Virus record (IMG/VR): IMGVR_UViG_3300018875_000005
Location: 4,134 to 68,133 of that record
Length of the DNA: 64,000 nucleotides
Reading direction: 5' to 3' (one strand)
Source of the DNA: a virus
This document shows positions 63,292 to 64,000 of this stretch, piece after piece. A model generated the notes under the pieces. That model saw nothing but the letters and a program-made list of their open reading frames with translations. It was not told the DNA's origin and did not search any database. Each line of letters begins with the position of its first letter. Within the stretch, counting starts at the first letter, position 1. A program made the position numbers and the translations under genes.

Positions 63292-63695
63292 CCACCGCCA
63301 CGGCCCCACGCAGGGTCCAGCGCCAGCGCACCCGAGGCTGGACCGCCCCGCTCGACCACCTGGGCCGCAAACCCGTCTACGTCGGCCGCGGCACCCCCTA
63401 CGGGAACCCGTGGATCATCACCCAGGACAACCACCGCAACTGGATCGTCATGTGGGACGGCACCCGGCAGCAGGCCCTGCCCCGCGGGCTCAACACCTTC
63501 ACCCCCGCAGACGACAGGCGTGACGCCCACGCCACGGCCGTGCGCCTGTACCGCGAGCACCTGGACGCCCACCCGGAGCTGGTGGAGCGCGCCCGCCGGG
63601 ATCTGGCCGGCAGGGACCTGATGTGCTGGTGCGCGCTGAAGCCCGTGCGCCTTCCCTGTCATGTGGACGTGCTGTTGTCCCTCGTCAACGGGTGA
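63288..63695 (+). CDS. DUF4326 protein
   Basis: RRVQR.R..GW, VYVGRGTPYGNPW, LAGRDLMCWC...CHVDVLL. Confidence 0.9.
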   Translation: MTTATAPRRVQRQRTRGWTAPLDHLGRKPVYVGRGTPYGNPWIITQDNHRNWIVMWDGTRQQALPRGLNTFTPADDRRDAHATAVRLYREHLDAHPELVERARRDLAGRDLMCWCALKPVRLPCHVDVLLSLVNG

Positions 63696-63733
63696 TCTCC
63701 GGGCGTACGGTGTTCGTGCTGGGGGCACCCTGT

Positions 63734-63771
63734 AGCGCCCCGTTCTCCTGCGGGAGGGCGGGGCGCTTTTT
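63734..63771 (+). terminator. Rho-independent terminator
   Basis: AGCGCCCCG...CGGGGCGCT-TTTT. Confidence 0.75.
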
Positions 63772-64000
63772 CGTGTGTGGGGGCCGTTCCATAGTTGAAG
63801 CCGTGTTGAAGTTCTTCAACAGGGGTGAGCATGGCCGTGCCCCGCCTTCTCCGTGTGGAGGGGCGGGGCACTGGCGTGTCTCCGGGGGCTTCCGGCTCCG
63901 CGCGGTGTGACGTCCCCAGAGCGGGCACCGCAGTGTCGGGCCGGGGTCTGGCAGCAGACCCGAGCCTGGTCCCGGCAGACACCGCCCATGGTGGCACGCG

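Larger units (their letters stand above)
1..64000. mobile_element. Probable conjugative phage-plasmid (plasmid prophage) of a Streptomyces-like host
   Basis: Complete siphovirus head/tail/lysis genes plus Rep, ParAB/parS, Cre-like recombinase and TraB-like translocase; no host housekeeping genes in the window. Confidence 0.8.

Noticed and set aside
1-64000. CRISPR array, tRNA genes, reverse transcriptase/DGR, inteins
   Set aside because: No regularly spaced repeats, no T-loop/CCA tRNA patterns, no YxDD RT motif, and no intein-sized insertions seen in terL or other proteins

Overview
The whole window is a high-GC (Streptomyces-like) temperate siphovirus that also carries plasmid functions, i.e. 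a probable conjugative phage-plasmid. The left end holds a 5'-truncated TraB/FtsK-like translocase and a membrane-anchored Mrr-like nuclease. A complete virion module follows (terminases, portal, scaffold, decoration protein, MCP, head-tail joining, tail with -1 frameshift, tape measure, baseplate; 2.8-25.4 kb), then lysis genes (25.6-28.2 kb). A 14.8-kb accessory/early segment (28.2-43.1 kb) is bounded by a 38/39-bp inverted repeat. It contains a Cre-like recombinase, a second degenerate tyrosine recombinase, a WYL/PP2C operon, a tandem RHH regulator, an AAA ATPase, a C5 methyltransferase and WhiB. Next come a plasmid-type Rep with a DciA/DUF721 homolog, parAB with parS-like palindromes, and a long rightward early region (RusA-like, WhiB, SSB, DUF5131, DUF1643, DUF4326). 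The most notable observations are the long-range inverted repeat around the recombinase pair, a palindromic operator that doubles as the -35 box of two back-to-back promoters, a conserved late-promoter motif, and an unannotated 33-aa membrane peptide gene between terL and portal. Family assignments come from motif recognition by eye; no database searches were run.
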